Positions 26,801 to 47,511 of a stretch of 64,000 nt of DNA are shown here, in pieces. Where the stretch lies: the NCBI RefSeq assembly GCF_009914755.1, contig NC_060946.1; one strand, written 5' to 3'. Positions within the stretch are counted from its first letter, which is position 1. Each line of letters opens with the position of its first letter. The translations under genes and the position numbers were made by a program. A model generated the notes under the pieces. That model saw only the letters and a program-made list of their open reading frames with translations, was not told the origin of the DNA and searched no databases. The DNA comes from the human T2T-CHM13v2.0 reference genome, Homo sapiens.

Positions 26801-29209
26801 CCACATCTTTCCCAAGGCAAGAATGCCAGGTCCAAATTCTGCTGCCATCTCTGAGTGACAGCCATGCCTGCAAGAACTGTCAGTTCCTGAGCTGGGATTT
26901 GCAAGATGCCAGAAAGTTCCCTCTCTGTGACTGGCAGGTGCCAGGCTGGCCTCCCCACCCCCAGCCACAGGAAGCCTGCAGCCTCCGCAGCCCTCACTGC
27001 ACCCTCCACAGCCCTCACTTCACCCCTAGCCCCCACAGCCTGAGGACCCTGCGCCACCCTTGGGAGTGACTGCCAGAGGCCACAGGTGGCTTTGTACTGG
27101 CTGGCCTCTCCTCCCCTCAGCTCTGCGGCGCCTGATGCTGGATGCAGGTTCCTCTAGTGTGGGTTCTGCCACAGGCTCCATGTGGCCTCCCTCTCCAGGG
27201 CCCTTTTCCATCTCCTCCTTTTGTTCCTCATTCCCCTCCTGCCCACTGAAGGGGGCTTCTCCTAGGGTCCATCCTTAGGCCTCTCACCCACCTTCTTTCC
27301 AAATGACAACTAACCACTCAGACCCCCCAGCTCTAGCTCCACCCAGACCTGCAGAATGCCTCCATCTCTCTCATCCAGCCACTGCATTGTCTAGTCTTCT
27401 TACAAAACACCTCCTCCTGGGTGTCTGCCAGGGTTTTAGACTAGTTCTGTCCCAAACTGAACTCCCAAACCTCTGACCCATCCCCTTAGGCTATGTAGTA
27501 AGATGAAGCACTTCACTATGGCATTTGGGACCCTCTCAGTCAGGGCTCCTATGTCCCCTCTCCTTTCCCTTTGAGGCTGACGTCTGCAGTCATCTATTGT
27601 GATTGTGACACTGCTATCGTCTGTCCTGCCCACTGTCCCCTCTGCCCACTGTGTCACCTGCTGAGCTGCTGTGGGTGCTCTGTGTGCCAGCCTACTGGCC
27701 TCCCTTCCTCCTGCAGCTTCTGTGAGCCACTCCAGGGCGGAGACCATACCCTGGTCAGCACGGGTCCTCAGAGCCCAGCCCAGCCTGGTGCCGAGGTGCC
27801 CAGGGGTGTTTGTTGTAAAAGCGTGGTCTGTAAAGCACATGATGGGCCCATTAATTAAGTGGCACTACCCTTAGCAGACTCAGGCAGGGGAGGAAGATGA
27901 GGGCCTGGTAATGGAGTATTTAGAAGTTATAATTAAGTTTGCACTGGCGCCTGAGCATAACACGATATATGAGACAATATAAAAGGGGTCCAAGGATTTA
28001 GTGAAATAGAACTAGGTCTTTTGCAAGTAAACCCTTAATTAAAATCCATGAGGGAGGAAGGGGGAGAAAGGGAAATGGAGAATTTACGTCAAGGCAGTTT
28101 CTTTGGTTCTTGCCTCATTTGCCACTGCATGGAAGGTCTGAGGCTGCAGGGGGTTTGCCTGGAAATGGGCCACACACAATCGTTTTGCCTCTTTGTGATT
28201 TAATCCCAGGGCGCCTGCCGGCGGAATGGGCACCTTCTCTGTTCAAGGTTCCAAGTGGAGGTCGGGGGCTTCAGAAAGGAGCAGGTGGGGCCTCGCCCTC
28301 CCCTTGCAGGAGCAGGAGGCAGCTCACAGGCATGGTAATTAGGATCATGTGTGGGAAACAAGTACTTTCTGGTGCAAGCTGGTGGTTGACCCCCCTCCAC
28401 GCCCCTCTCATAATTTGTCTGTCCTTTCCAGTCTACTCTCTGGCCTCCTCTCTTCTTCTTGGGGGTGCGGAGACCAACCTTGGATGCGGATGGGAAGGTC
28501 CCCATCCCAGAGTTCATGGCTGTCTGTCCCCTGCAGCTTGTGCAAGTCCCTGCTTTTGTTTCTTTATTTTTCCCCTCCCTTCTTCCCACCTCCCCACCCA
28601 ATGAACAGCATGCACAAGCTCCCTCCTTCTCTCCCATGCTCCTTCCTGCCTGGGTGCACCTCGCTCTTCCTCCCTTTCCTGACTTGAGCACTGCAAGATC
28701 CTGCCCCGTGGCTGCCCCTTCTGACTGCTGCAGAGTGTGCTGGGTGGGCATCCCCCGTAATAGATCAGGACCTAAAGCTGGTACCTGGGCACCCGCCCCT
28801 GTGCGGGGCTGCTCCTGCCTCCGGGAGGTGGAGCTGTTCTCTATGCATGGAGGGTGCGGTCGGGTGGGACTGGAGTCTTCCTGGGAATGGGGTGCCAAGC
28901 TCTGCAGGGGCAGTCCATCAGGCCTCATGCTGGCTCTGTCAGGACTGGCAGCCTCTCCCCAGTGCAGGGCACCAAGCACTGGAGGTCAGGGATGTGGGGC
29001 CACTTCTGATTCTGCCCTCATCAGCCAGCTGGCCTCCCTTCTCCCTCATGGAGCGTCCACCTCAATCAGATGAGACCGTGTGTGCACCCTGTGTGAACTC
29101 AGCCCCTCCTGGCACTTAGGGCCCTGCCGGTTCACGTACCTCCCAGTGTCAGAGCCCCCAGCATGGGTTAGTAGATCTCTCGCCTCTCCCGCGGGGCTGT
29201 GACTGCTGG

Positions 29210-29830
29210 GGACCAGGGCAGGGGTCTACGTGCATCTCAGTCAACACAGCGTGAGGGGCTACTGTGTTCACTGCTTTGGTGCTGGAGATTCAGTGATGGA
29301 TGGCACAGGATTGTCCCTGCCTGGGTGGCCTGAGGTTGAATGCAGTCATAGGTGGTAAATAGCAAGCAGAGTGAAGAGAATTGATCAATGCACAGGGTAG
29401 GCTGGTGGTGACTGGAGTGGAAAGCTCCTTGACATAAGATGGCTGGGGAAGGCCCCCCTGGGAGGGTCATGCACGGAGAAGGACCCAGCTCTGAATTCCT
29501 GCTGCACAGTGGAGGCCTGTGGGCCTGATCCTGGTGATCCTGGGCCGCTGACCAGCTGGGACGAGGGCATGGATTTTATTCTAGAGGCCACTGGGGGGCT
29601 TAGGCAGGGAGGACAAGGTCTGATTCGGGTTTCTGAAGGACCCTTCTGGGTGGAGCCTGACTGTAGCAGGCAGGAGAGGACGCCAGGGTACCAGGAGAGG
29701 CTGGTGCAGGTGTCTGCGAGAGGCCAGGGTAGCTCAGGCTGGACCTGGAGGTGGCCCAGGGAGAGTGCAGTAGAGGCTTGGCTCTGGTTTGGAAGTGGAA
29801 TCAACAGAATTTGCTGGTGGGGTATGAAGT
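29210..29830 (-). mobile_element. L2 fragment
   Basis: Degenerate L2 3'-region motifs (ggattttattctag...ggaagtggaatcaacagaatttgctg). Confidence 0.5.
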
Positions 29831-30561
29831 TAGGGGCGAGGGAGATGGCTGACCTGGTATACTTAGGGCCTGGCAGCCTGGCATGAGGTGGGCATTTGAC
29901 AAATATTTGTTAAAGGAATGAGGAAAGAGAAGACAAATTTTATGATGTGATCACTTTGATAAAAAAAAAGTCCAACCAACTTTTTTTTTTTAAAGAGCTA
30001 ACAAGAATTCTCTCTGAAAGTGTACAGCAGACTTAAAATGGATTCTGTTGCTACGGCCTGATTCAGACATTTCCAGACACACATTGTTATTCTTGCAAAG
30101 ACTTGAGATTGAATATTTTAAAAATAATTTTACTTTTAAACTCTGGAGCCTCTTGTCACCTCCGGCACTCTCTGATGGGGCGCTGTTGGTGTCCAGGGAT
30201 TTTGGTTGCGTACGCACATGGCCAGTGTGATTGATAAACTGAGTGACCACCTGGAGAGTGAGATCAAGGCTCAGAAGAAAAATGGATGGCTTGTGCAGCA
30301 GAGGTTTGATCTTCATTTAAAAAATTAATTTTCTATATTCTTCATCAAAAAAATTCCTCACAAGCCATGCTGTGTTGTAGGGGCTAAAAGGAAGAAAATT
30401 AACTTCTAAGAAAGATGAAAAATCTAGAATTCTAAGTTGTAGTCAAGTGATTTTGGCCAGCCATAATTACAGTATTTTCATGTTAATGTATAAACCCCTT
30501 GAAAGGTATGCTTAAGTGATAATTATCTATTTACAACAAAATGGCTTTGGAAATGAAATGA

Positions 30562-30946
<385 letters not shown>

Positions 30947-31844
30947 CTTTATTTCTTTATTTTTTTTGAAGACCATTATCCTAAGTATCTCTGCCTTAAA
31001 ATTAAAAACTTAAAAAAAAAATCTAAGCAGGGTAGAGAGATTCATTTCTCTGAAAGTCCTGGACTGTCTGAAAGTTCTTGTGTGGCTTAATTTTGTGTAG
31101 TTTGTTATTCATTTGGATTTTTTGTTTGCTTGTTTATATCTCATTTTGTGTCAAAGAGTTGGAGATAGTTTATAAAAATGACAAAAATAGTAAAATGGGT
31201 AGAATATTGATGATAAATTAAAAGCCAGGGTTGAAAAAAAAGTTAGAGTAGCTCAGACGGAGGGCCTAGAATTCCAGTACCCAGTGCTATGTGGGCTGTA
31301 AGTGGTTAACTAGGGTCTGAGCTTCCTGGGGGCCAAAGTGAAGAAGGTAATTTGATTAATGGCCCTGATTATTGGGAGATGTGCCAGCTCCTCTGATGGG
31401 TCCTCTGTAGCATGTTTGACATCCATCTCATTCCACTGGGAGTAACTTGAAGGCCTATTCCTGTGCCCTCCTTATTTCTGTGTGGAAGGACCTTGGTAAA
31501 GGCTTTTGTATTTGGATAATAACAACAAATATTTATTTAGTTACCTGGTGTATAAAACATGCCCATTTCTGTCATTCATTTTGTGCTTTCTATCCCCCCC
31601 ACCTCCGCCTTCTTTTGGATTGATTGATTGAAGTTTCTTTTTTTCGCCTCTACTGGTTTGGAAATTTTGTATTCTTTTTTGATTTGTTTAGTAGTTACTC
31701 ATAAATTTTTAACGTGTGTATCAGACTTAACACAGCCTAAAATTAATCAACATCTCCATTCCTCCCTGAAGAACCTGAGGACACACGTACCCTGCCCCCT
31801 CTTGCTGCCATCTTATCTATATCTTTGCTGTCTGATGTTTCCTG

Positions 31845-32459
<615 letters not shown>

Positions 32460-32519
32460 TAATGCATTTTTAACTCTGCCTCAAACTAGTCATAGTTATT
32501 AGTATTTGTTTTCCAGGTT

Positions 32520-33000
32520 GCACTTGATTATTTACTCAACAGATGTTTCCTGAGCACATTTTCTGCACTGGGCGTGATTCTAGGCACTGGGGATGCAGCA
32601 GTGAACAAAACTAGTTCCTGCCTTTGTGAGTCAGGGGAGAAGACAGGCTGTGGATAAACAGCTGTCATATGATGGGGGTGTTCAGGCTGAGGGGACATGA
32701 AGGGATGGGGAAGGGCCGGACCCTCTGCTGAGGGGATGTTTGCATGAAGATCTGAATGGAGGCAGCCAGCCGTGCCCATGTCTGGGCAGAGGCAGCAACT
32801 CTGAGTTGGGGGTGTTGACGGCACATGGGAAGATGTGGCTGGAACCCCACGGAGAGTCTGAGCAAGTGAGTGGAAGAAACTGAGTCCAGATGGGGGATGG
32901 GACCCAGTAGGGAAGCTTGGGGGGCTTCATGCAGGAGGTGGCAAGTGAGGCGGCCTGGGCATTTGGGCAGTGCTTGGACACATGAAGTATGAGCACAGGC
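32520..33000 (-). mobile_element. L2 3' fragment
   Basis: tactcaacagatgtttcctgagcac...ctaggcactggggatgcagcagtgaacaaaac. Confidence 0.65.
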
Positions 33001-34021
33001 CTTCCAGCTCAAGGGTTGAGGCTAACCTAGGGCGCAAGGCTGAAGCTGCTACTTGCCTTTGGTTTGCAATCATTCATTCACTCAACAAACATTTGTGGCA
33101 CCTCTGTGTTGTTCTACACCCTGTGCCAGACACCAGAGATACCGTGGGCAGCAAATCAAGCAAGACTTCCACTTGAGAGCCACACAAACAAGAAAACACC
33201 ATGAACGATGGAGACAGGACAGGGGGAAGTGGTAGCCGGGGACCAAGTTGGACCATGTAGGCTTAACTTGCAGCTCACCTGCCTCCCAGTTGTGAGACGG
33301 AGGGCAGGTGACTTTCCTGTGTAATGGAGGGTGGCGGTGCCTTCCTCCCCCCTGCTGGTGGTTCTGCGGATGAGAGAGGATGTATGCCAAGCGTGCAGTC
33401 TGGGGCTGTGCCAGGTTCCCTCGTGTGAGTCTTTCTCTTCCTGTGCCGCTTCTCTCCAGCTCATTCAAGGCTGTGGACCCTTTGGGGAGAAATTGCTGGT
33501 TGGTTGTTCAGAAGTTGGTGGAAGCAAGATTTTCTTACTGACATGCTTTTTCTCTCTTTTCACAAACATGGAGAGAGGTGTTTGGATATGAAACAAGCCT
33601 GTAGATTTTTTAAAATGTCATTTTCATACAGGATTTTATTCCAGAACAGGAATAATGAACAAGCCAGAAAATCCTGGCCAGCACAGAATTAAAATACTGT
33701 GTCCCCGCGTGCACATAAACTTCTGAAATGTCTGGAAGTTTCCACCATCTCCCTGTCTATGCAACCTGCCCCTGCCTGCCTGCCTCCTGCACCTGCACTC
33801 AGCATAAACGTTGTCAGAAGCCCGGGGACTAGTTCCATTTGGAGAATACGATCGCCACTTAGAGAGAGTGGAAACCAGCAGGTGCTGTTATTGTTCATGT
33901 AGAGGGGCGTCTCCCCTCCTGGTCTCTCCTTTATCCTCACGACTGGCCTATCTCACACTTCAGTGCTCAAGTGCAGATTACATAGGTCTCGGGAGGGCAT
34001 GACATTCTGCATTTCTAATGA

Positions 34022-35174
<1,153 letters not shown>

Positions 35175-35499
35175 TACATTTTTTATTTGTTTTTAATAGC
35201 TAAGGAGAACTTTTGTATATGGGAACTACTCTTGTGTATCTGGAAAATCCCCTGCCAGCCCCTGACTCTTTTTTTTTAGGCAAATTCTTCGTTTCCAAGA
35301 CGGTTTTGATATTTATGGTCAGCAGTAAAGCTTTATAGGCTTAGGACTAACTAAAAAAAAGTCCTGTGTCAGCTGCTGATGGGATACAGGGATTTTTACA
35401 TCCTACGTTTCATATTCGAAATACACGTTTTGCTGCAAAGCCTCGTATCCAAGTCACACGGGGGCTTAACAGCAATAATGACTTCTGGACAGAAGTTTA

Positions 35500-35670
35500 C
35501 AGTTTACAGGCACTTTCACGTTGTTTTCTCACGATCCCTTGCAACAGATATCCTGGGCCCTGAGTATATTGTCCCCACTTGACAGATGAGGAGACTGAGG
35601 CCCAGTGCGGAGAGGTGGTTTCTGGAGGTCACGCAGGTCTCCAGGGCAGGGATCTGGATCGTCAGGTACA
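35500..35670 (-). mobile_element. MIR immediately 5' of the RE1 site
   Basis: ccccacttgacagatgaggagactgaggccc...aggtcacgcag. Confidence 0.6.
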
Positions 35671-35680
35671 CCGCCATATC

Positions 35681-35701
35681 TTCAGCACCACGGACAGTGC
35701 C
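35681..35701 (+). promoter_or_regulatory. RE1/NRSE (REST binding site)
   Basis: TTCAGCACCACGGACAGTGCC matches the canonical consensus TTCAGCACCACGGACAGCGCC at 20/21 positions, with canonical half-site spacing. Confidence 0.88.
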
Positions 35702-37003
35702 AACCCCCCCCGCCCCCCCTCCAAGTAGGCTCTCAGTGTTGTTATTGGCTAAGTCAAGGAATGCACTCATCCCCTTATCCTATGGCCCTGAGTTCCAGAT
35801 GTGGGCCCTGTGTGTGCCCTGGCAGACTGTGGATATGCTAGACCTCCGCCTGCCTCGATCCCCTGCTCGGCCCCATCCCCGCACCCTGGAACTCTTCCAC
35901 CTGCCACCCAGCGAGGGAGGGAGTTGGGTGCCGAGGGCCACACACATGCATCAGGGGGACATGGTTGAGAGCTCAGACTCTGAACTGAAACCAGAGCTGG
36001 GCCACCTTGCCTCCTCGATGTGTGACCTTGGGCAGGTGACTTAGCCTCCCTGGACCTCAGTTTTATCATTTGGAAAATGGGGAAGTAACGGGATGTTTCT
36101 CACAGGGCCTTGGTGAGACCCGAACAAGATAATGCAGGTGAAGTGCAAGTTCCAGGCGATGCAGCATAAACTCTTCATTATTTCCATCCCTCCTGAGCGA
36201 GGTGGATTCTAGAAGCAGAAAGGCAGTGGAGGCAGCTGGAGAGATGGGGCTGCAGAATGGGCGGGCCCAGCCGGGTGGCGGTGGTTTGTAGAGCCAGGGA
36301 CACCAGCAGGTACCATGGGGAGGAGGCATGCATGCAGGGCGTAGCGCCCCAACCCTTGTCCTCGGTGGGACCAGCCCCATTCTTCTCACGTGTCAGTGAC
36401 CTCCCTCCCACTCAGTGTTCTCTGTGGCTTCTGGAGCCTTCCCCATTGCAGGGCTTATCTGGGTTTCAGAGGGAGCCATGATGTGGTCATGTCCGTGGAC
36501 CTGGGCTAGTTTAATTCCTGAATGAGACAGGGGCCAGGGGAAAGGAATGGGCAGGCCCCCTCCCGGTCCTGCCTGGCCACATGCCTGCTGGGCAGCCCTG
36601 AGAAGGTCATCACTCCCCTGTGCCTCAGTGTCTTCACCTAAAAAATGGGGCGACACACTTGCTTTGGAGGGCTGTTGTGAGGATTGAATAAGGCATTGCA
36701 GCTGGGATTCTGCTTAGCCTCGTGGGTCCTGAGAGACCTCTCGAGTTTGGATCCTGGCTCTGCTCTTCCCAGCCATATGGCCTTGGGCATGTTCTGTCTG
36801 CTCTCTGAGCCTCAGTTTTCTCATCTATCAAAGGGAGCTGATATTGGGAGAGTTCAGTGAGGCAGCGGGTGATCTGGGCTCATCATAGGGCCTGGCATGG
36901 GGTAAATGCATAACACAGGCAGCCATTGCTCTGGTGGTGGTTTTGTGAACACATCTAAATCTAAAATGCCTGGCATAGAGTAGATGGCTCAGTTGATGGT
37001 AGA

Positions 37004-37584
<581 letters not shown>

Positions 37585-38098
37585 CTGGTGGTAGCTTTAA
37601 TTACTACTATTAATATCATCCAAAGAGGACTTCCGCTTTTTAAAATCGTGCATTTAAAAGTTAGAATTTAGTTCTTTGAAATTTGTTTTTAAAAGAAAAG
37701 CGGATTTTAAAAAGTGTATAGGTTTGTTTCTTTGATCTCTCTTAAGAAGAAGGATTTCACACCTTTCGGAGTGTGCACGATGCAAATGAAGATCCGAGAG
37801 CTCGCGGAAGGCCGTTTGGAGCTAATTCTGGGCTGGTTTGACAGCCACGACACTGAAGGGGAAGCATCGAGCTGACAAAGCGAGGCTTTCTTTGGTAACA
37901 TCCCAACCTCTCAAAATAGTCACTTTCCAAACTAACATTTGTCATGTTGGTGTTTGAAAGAAGTTTTTTGCTCATTGATCCAACCATGCGCCGCACCCCC
38001 TTAAAACTCTGCAGAGGTTTCCCTCCTGTGTCCCGGGTGAGTCCAGGCACTGCTCCTGTGGTCAAGGCCTCTGGCGGGGACCCCATGGTCCCTACTAG

Positions 38099-39533
<1,435 letters not shown>

Positions 39534-40209
39534 AGTCTTACTCATTTTTAAATACTTATTTCAGTTACTACTGCAAAGAACATCGCTATGGGCCGTTTCC
39601 CCGCACCACCCCCCCTGCCCCTTTAAATGGGTTTTCTGTAGCCAGAAGACACCTTTTACTCAGTGACACAAGGGCCAGATATCTGGCCCTGAAGCCATGC
39701 CTTTAAAATCCAGGGTCTTTGGCCAAACCCAGCACAATCCTTGCTGGGAATTTCCTGGTGAGTTGGAACCAGGTATAAGCCTTCCAGTCCTGCGGCTTCG
39801 TTGCGGGATTTTCTGATGATGATGGGGGTGTGGGGGATGAGGTGGGCCAGGACTCTAGATGACCATTTACTCTTCTTTCATCCCGAAACCCCGTTGACTT
39901 CTACAGTTCTAGAATTGTTTATTTCCAAGATGAGAATGATTGGCTTCCAGGATTCTAAGATTTTAAAAACTGCATTGCTAGAACTCTCAGAGCTCCAAGA
40001 GCCTACAATTCTGCCTGCTCACACTTCTAGTTGTCTAAGATCCAGGCTCCCCAGATTATTTATTTAAATTGTGGTGAAATATACATGACATTGATCATTT
40101 TAGCCTTTTAAAAGTGTATAGTTCAGTGGCATTAAGACCATTCACATTGTTGTACAAACATCACTGCCTTTCCTCTCTGGAACTTTTTTGTCTTCCCAAA
40201 TGGAAATGA

Positions 40210-41110
<901 letters not shown>

Positions 41111-41184
41111 AGACATATATTTCTGTTCTCTCACATCTTATGAAACATTTGTATTCAGATTCTTCAAGTGCATCTTCTGCATTG

Positions 41185-41875
<691 letters not shown>

Positions 41876-42119
41876 GTGAAACTGCCATCACTAGAGCTAT
41901 TTTCTGTTTCCGACATACTTTTCAGAGCATTTTTGAATCTGTTGCAGGAAGCTATGGAAACCCATTCATAATCTCAGCAACATAACTACTCAGTGTAATT
42001 TCTCCATGTTGAATGATCAGCTATCAGCATTACTGTTGATTCTTTGAAGATAATGTGCCCTTTCCTCCACCCCAATTGCTTGAAAGTTTCTTGTCTTTGG
42101 TTTCAAGCACTTTGATTAT

Positions 42120-42360
42120 TGTGTTAATTTCCTGAGGCTGCAGTAACAAGTTATCACAAGCTTCTTGGTTTAAGATAACAGAAATGTATCCTTTCACTGC
42201 TCTGGGGGTCAGAAATCTGACATTCAGGTGTCGGCAGGGCTGTGTTCCTTCTGGAGGCTCTGGTGAGGGAGAGGAAACAGGGAATCCTTCCTTGCCTCTT
42301 GTAGCTTGTGGTGGCTGTTGGCAACCTTTGGCTTCCTTGATTTGTGGCCACAAGATCATG
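42120..42360. mobile_element. MLT1-type LTR fragment
   Basis: gctgcagtaacaagttatcacaa...ggcagggctgtgttccttctggaggctct... Confidence 0.65.
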
Positions 42361-42963
42361 TTTCTCTGTGAATAGAGACAGTTTTATTTCTTCCCTTCCG
42401 TTCTGGATGCTTTTATTTCTTTTTCATGCTTCATTGCCCCAGCTAGAACCTCAAGCATAAAGTTGAATAGAAATGGCAAGAGTGAATGTCCTTGTTTTGT
42501 GACCAATCTTAGGAGGAAGACTTTTAGTCCTTCACTATTAAGTATGATGTTAGCTGTGGGATTTGTAATATGTATGTATTTATTTGTTTATTTAGAGACA
42601 GGGTCTCATTATATTGCCTAGGCTGGACTTGAGTGCCTGGGCTTAGGTGATTCTCCTGCCTCAGCCTCCCAAATAGCTGGGACTGCAGGTGTGCACCACC
42701 ATGCCCAGCTCGCTGAGGGACCTTTAGAGATGCTCTTTGTCAGGTTCAGAAGATCTCTTCTATTCCCAGTTTGTTACGTGTTTTTTGTTTTGTTTAGAGA
42801 CAGTGTCTTGCTCTGTCACCCAGACTGGGGTGCAGTGGTGCAATTTTGGCTAACTGCAACCTCTGCCTCCCAGGTTCAAGCGATTCCTGTGACTCAGCCT
42901 CCCAAGTAGCTGAGATTACAGATGTGCAGCACCATGCCTGGCTGATTTTTGTTTTTTTAGTAG

Positions 42964-43104
<141 letters not shown>

Positions 43105-44166
43105 TGAAAGGGTGTTTTATTTTGTCAAATGCTTTTCTGTGCCTGTTGAGATGATCATATGGTTTCCCCCTTATTATTACGGTATATTACATTAATTGTA
43201 TGTTGAACCAACCTTACATTCCTGAGTTCAATCCCATTTGGTGATGGTGTATAATACCTTTTTATATGGTGTCTAATCCTTTGTTGCTTGATTTGACTTG
43301 CTAGTATTTTTTTGAGGATTTTGAGCCTATATTCAGAAGGAATATTGGTCTGTGGTTTTCTTTTCTTGTGATAGCTTTGTCTGGTTTTGGTATCAAAGCC
43401 TCCTAGACTGAGCTGGAAAGTGTTTTCTCCTCTTTTGCTTTTTGGAAGAGTTTGTCAAGGACTGGTGTTAATTCTTGAAATGTTTGATACAAATCGCCAG
43501 TGAAGCCATCTGTTGCTGGGCTTTTTATCATTATAAAATATTCTTCCTTTTCTCTAGTAACAATTTTTGTCTTCAAATCTATTTTTTTCTGATGCTGGTA
43601 TAGCGACTACAGCTCTCTTTTGGCGTCTGGATACTGTTTGTATATCTTTTTCATTCTTTTACTTTCAACCCACTTGTTTCTTTGGATCTAAAGTGTGTCT
43701 TTTATAAACAGCATATAATTGGATTTTTAAAAAATTAAAAATTTTAATCTCTGCCTTCTTTTGACTGTACTGTTTAAGCATGTTATGTTTAATATAACTA
43801 CTGACAAAGTAGGATTTATATCTGCCATTTTGCTTTTTGTTCTCTATATATCTTATATATTTTTTGTCCATCTTTTCTTCTATTACTGCCTTCTTTTGTG
43901 TTAAATAGATATTTTCTAGTTCACTATTTTAATTTCATTTCTTTTACTATATTGAAAAATTGTATTAGTTGTTGCCCTGGGCATTATAATTAAATTTTTT
44001 TTACCTTATAACAATCTAGTTTTGATTAATAGCAACCTAATTTCATAAATATACAAAAACTGTGCTCTAATGTAGAGTTCCATGCCCTCCCCCTCCTTTA
44101 TGCTATTATTGTCATACAAATTACATTTTTGTGCATTATAAGCTCATTAACACAGTTTTATAACTA

Positions 44167-44498
44167 CAGTCATGTGCTGTGTAATGATGTTTCTGTCAAT
44201 GACAGACTGCATATACTACAGTGGTCCCATAAGATTATAACACTGTAATTTTACTTACTTTTCTATGTTTAGATATACAAATACTTACCATTGTGTTACG
44301 ATTGCCTGGAGTATTCAGTACGATAACATGCTGTACAGGTTTGTAGCCTGTAGTGATAGGCTGTACTGTATAGCTTTGGTATGTAGTAGGCTGTATGATC
44401 TAGGTTTGCGTAAGTACACTCTGCTGTTTGTACAATATCAAAATCACCTAATGGTGCATTTCTCGGAATGCATCTCTGTCATTAACAGTCCATGACTG
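44167..44498. mobile_element. Tigger3a/MER7-type Tc1-mariner MITE
   Basis: TA|cagtcatg ... catgactg|TA terminal inverted repeats with TA duplication; internal ggtcccataagattataa. Confidence 0.8.
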
Positions 44499-45301
44499 TA
44501 TTCCTTAGTGTAGTTGTCTTTTAAACTGGATAGGAGAACAAAGGAGTTACAAACAGAAATACAATTGTACTGTCTTTTTTTTTTCTTTGAGACAGAGTCT
44601 CACTCTGTCACCAGGCTGGAGTGCAGTGTTGTGATCTCGGCTCACTGCAACCTCTGACCCCCTGGTTCAAGTGATTCTCCTGCCTCAGCCTCCCAAGTAG
44701 CTGGGATTACAGGCACGTGCCACCACACCCGGCTAATTTTTATATTTTTAGTAGAGACGGGGTTTCACCATGTTGGCCAGTCTGGTCTCTATCTCCTGAC
44801 CTCGTGATCCGCCCGCCTCAGACTCCCAAAGTGCTGGGATTACAGGCATGAACCACCGCGCCTGGCCTGTACTGTCTTTTATATTTACCTGTGTAGCTAC
44901 CTTTACCAGTGCTCTCTATTTCTTCATATGGATTTCAGTTGCTGTCTGGTGCCCTTTCATTTCAGTCTGAAAAAGTCTATTCAGTATTTTTTGTAGAGAG
45001 TGTCTGCTAGTGACAGATTCAGTTTGTTTCTGTTTATCTGGGAATGACTTAATTTCTCTATTTTTAAAGGATAGTTTTGCGGGATGTAGAATTGCTGGTC
45101 GACAGTCCTTCTTCCTAGCGTTTGTATATCCCACTGCCTTCTGGTTATTGTGGTTCCTGATGAGAAGCCAGCTGCTACTGAGGATTATTTGTGTGTGATG
45201 AGTGATTGTCTGCTTTCTGACAGTTTGATTATGATGTGTTTAGGTGTGGACCTCTTTGAGTTTATCATGTTTGGAGTTACTTGAAGTTCTTGGATGTGTA
45301 G

Positions 45302-45565
<264 letters not shown>

Positions 45566-46210
45566 TGATGGGGTATTGCCAGGCTGGTCTTGAACTCCTG
45601 GCTTCAAGTAATCCACTCACCTCAGCCTCCCAAAATGCTGGGATTACAGGCGTGAGCTATTGTTTGAGAATACAGCTATTGTTTCTTTAACTACTCTTTC
45701 TGTCCCCTCTCACTTTTCCTTTATGGCTCCTCTTACGCACACATGAGTGCACCCAATGGTGTCCCACAGGTCTCTGAGGCTCTGTTCATTTTTCTTCATT
45801 CTTTTTCCTTTCTGTTCCTCAAACTGGATGATTTCAACAGATCTGTCTTCAGGTTTGCTCATTCTTTCTTCTGCCAGCTTGAAACTACTGTTGAGACCCT
45901 CTAATGAAAATGTTGTTTTAGGTATTTTACTTTTCAACTCCAGAATTGGATTCTTTTTTATAGTTATATCTCCTTATTGATGTGCTTTATTTGTGAACAC
46001 ATCATTCTCATAATGTTCTTGAATTCTTTAGACAGTTCTCTAGTTCTTTGAACATATTTCTAATAGCTGATTTAAAGGCATTATTTAGTTATATCCACCA
46101 TCTGGGTTTCCGCAAGGACGATTTCTATTGACTGCTCTTTCCCTTGTCTAAGGAGCATACATTCCTGTTTCTTTGTGTGTTTCATTTAAAAAAATACTAG
46201 ATGTTTTTGT

Positions 46211-46780
<570 letters not shown>

Positions 46781-47349
46781 GTGGATGTTTTAAATAACAT
46801 AATTTGCTGATTATGGGAATCAGATCCCACCCCCTGCACCAAGGTTTGTTGTTGTTTATTTAGTGAATGTCCTGGAAACTCTGTGGTGTTTGTATTCTCT
46901 GTCATGTGTGGCTACTAAAGTCTCTGCTTGGTTAGCTTAGTTGTGAGCTGATGACTGGTCAGAGATTTCCTTACATGCCTTGAACTGATAAGTCTCCCAT
47001 CATTTGCTGAGGGGCTCCCTACCATTGTGTTGAGGCACATCCTCAACACCCTAGCACTTTACAAAAGCCTTCACTTCTTGCATGTGCTTCAAGGTCATTC
47101 TGAGGTGAGTGATGAGGGCCCCTTTCCTAGGCACACGCACAGCCCTGCACATAAGCATGATCCTCTAGATGTCCTGTGGATGCCTCATTCTCCAGATTTT
47201 CATTTTAAGTTTCTTGGTTGGCCTCTTGTTTGCCCTAACTGGTATGGCCTCCTTGGGAAGCTGTGATGTTAGACAACTGCTGCTGATTGTTTTTAACAAA
47301 TACTTTGGGGCTAGGGCTTTCCTCATTGAGCAAGCTCTGAGTCAGGTCA

Positions 47350-47511
<162 letters not shown>

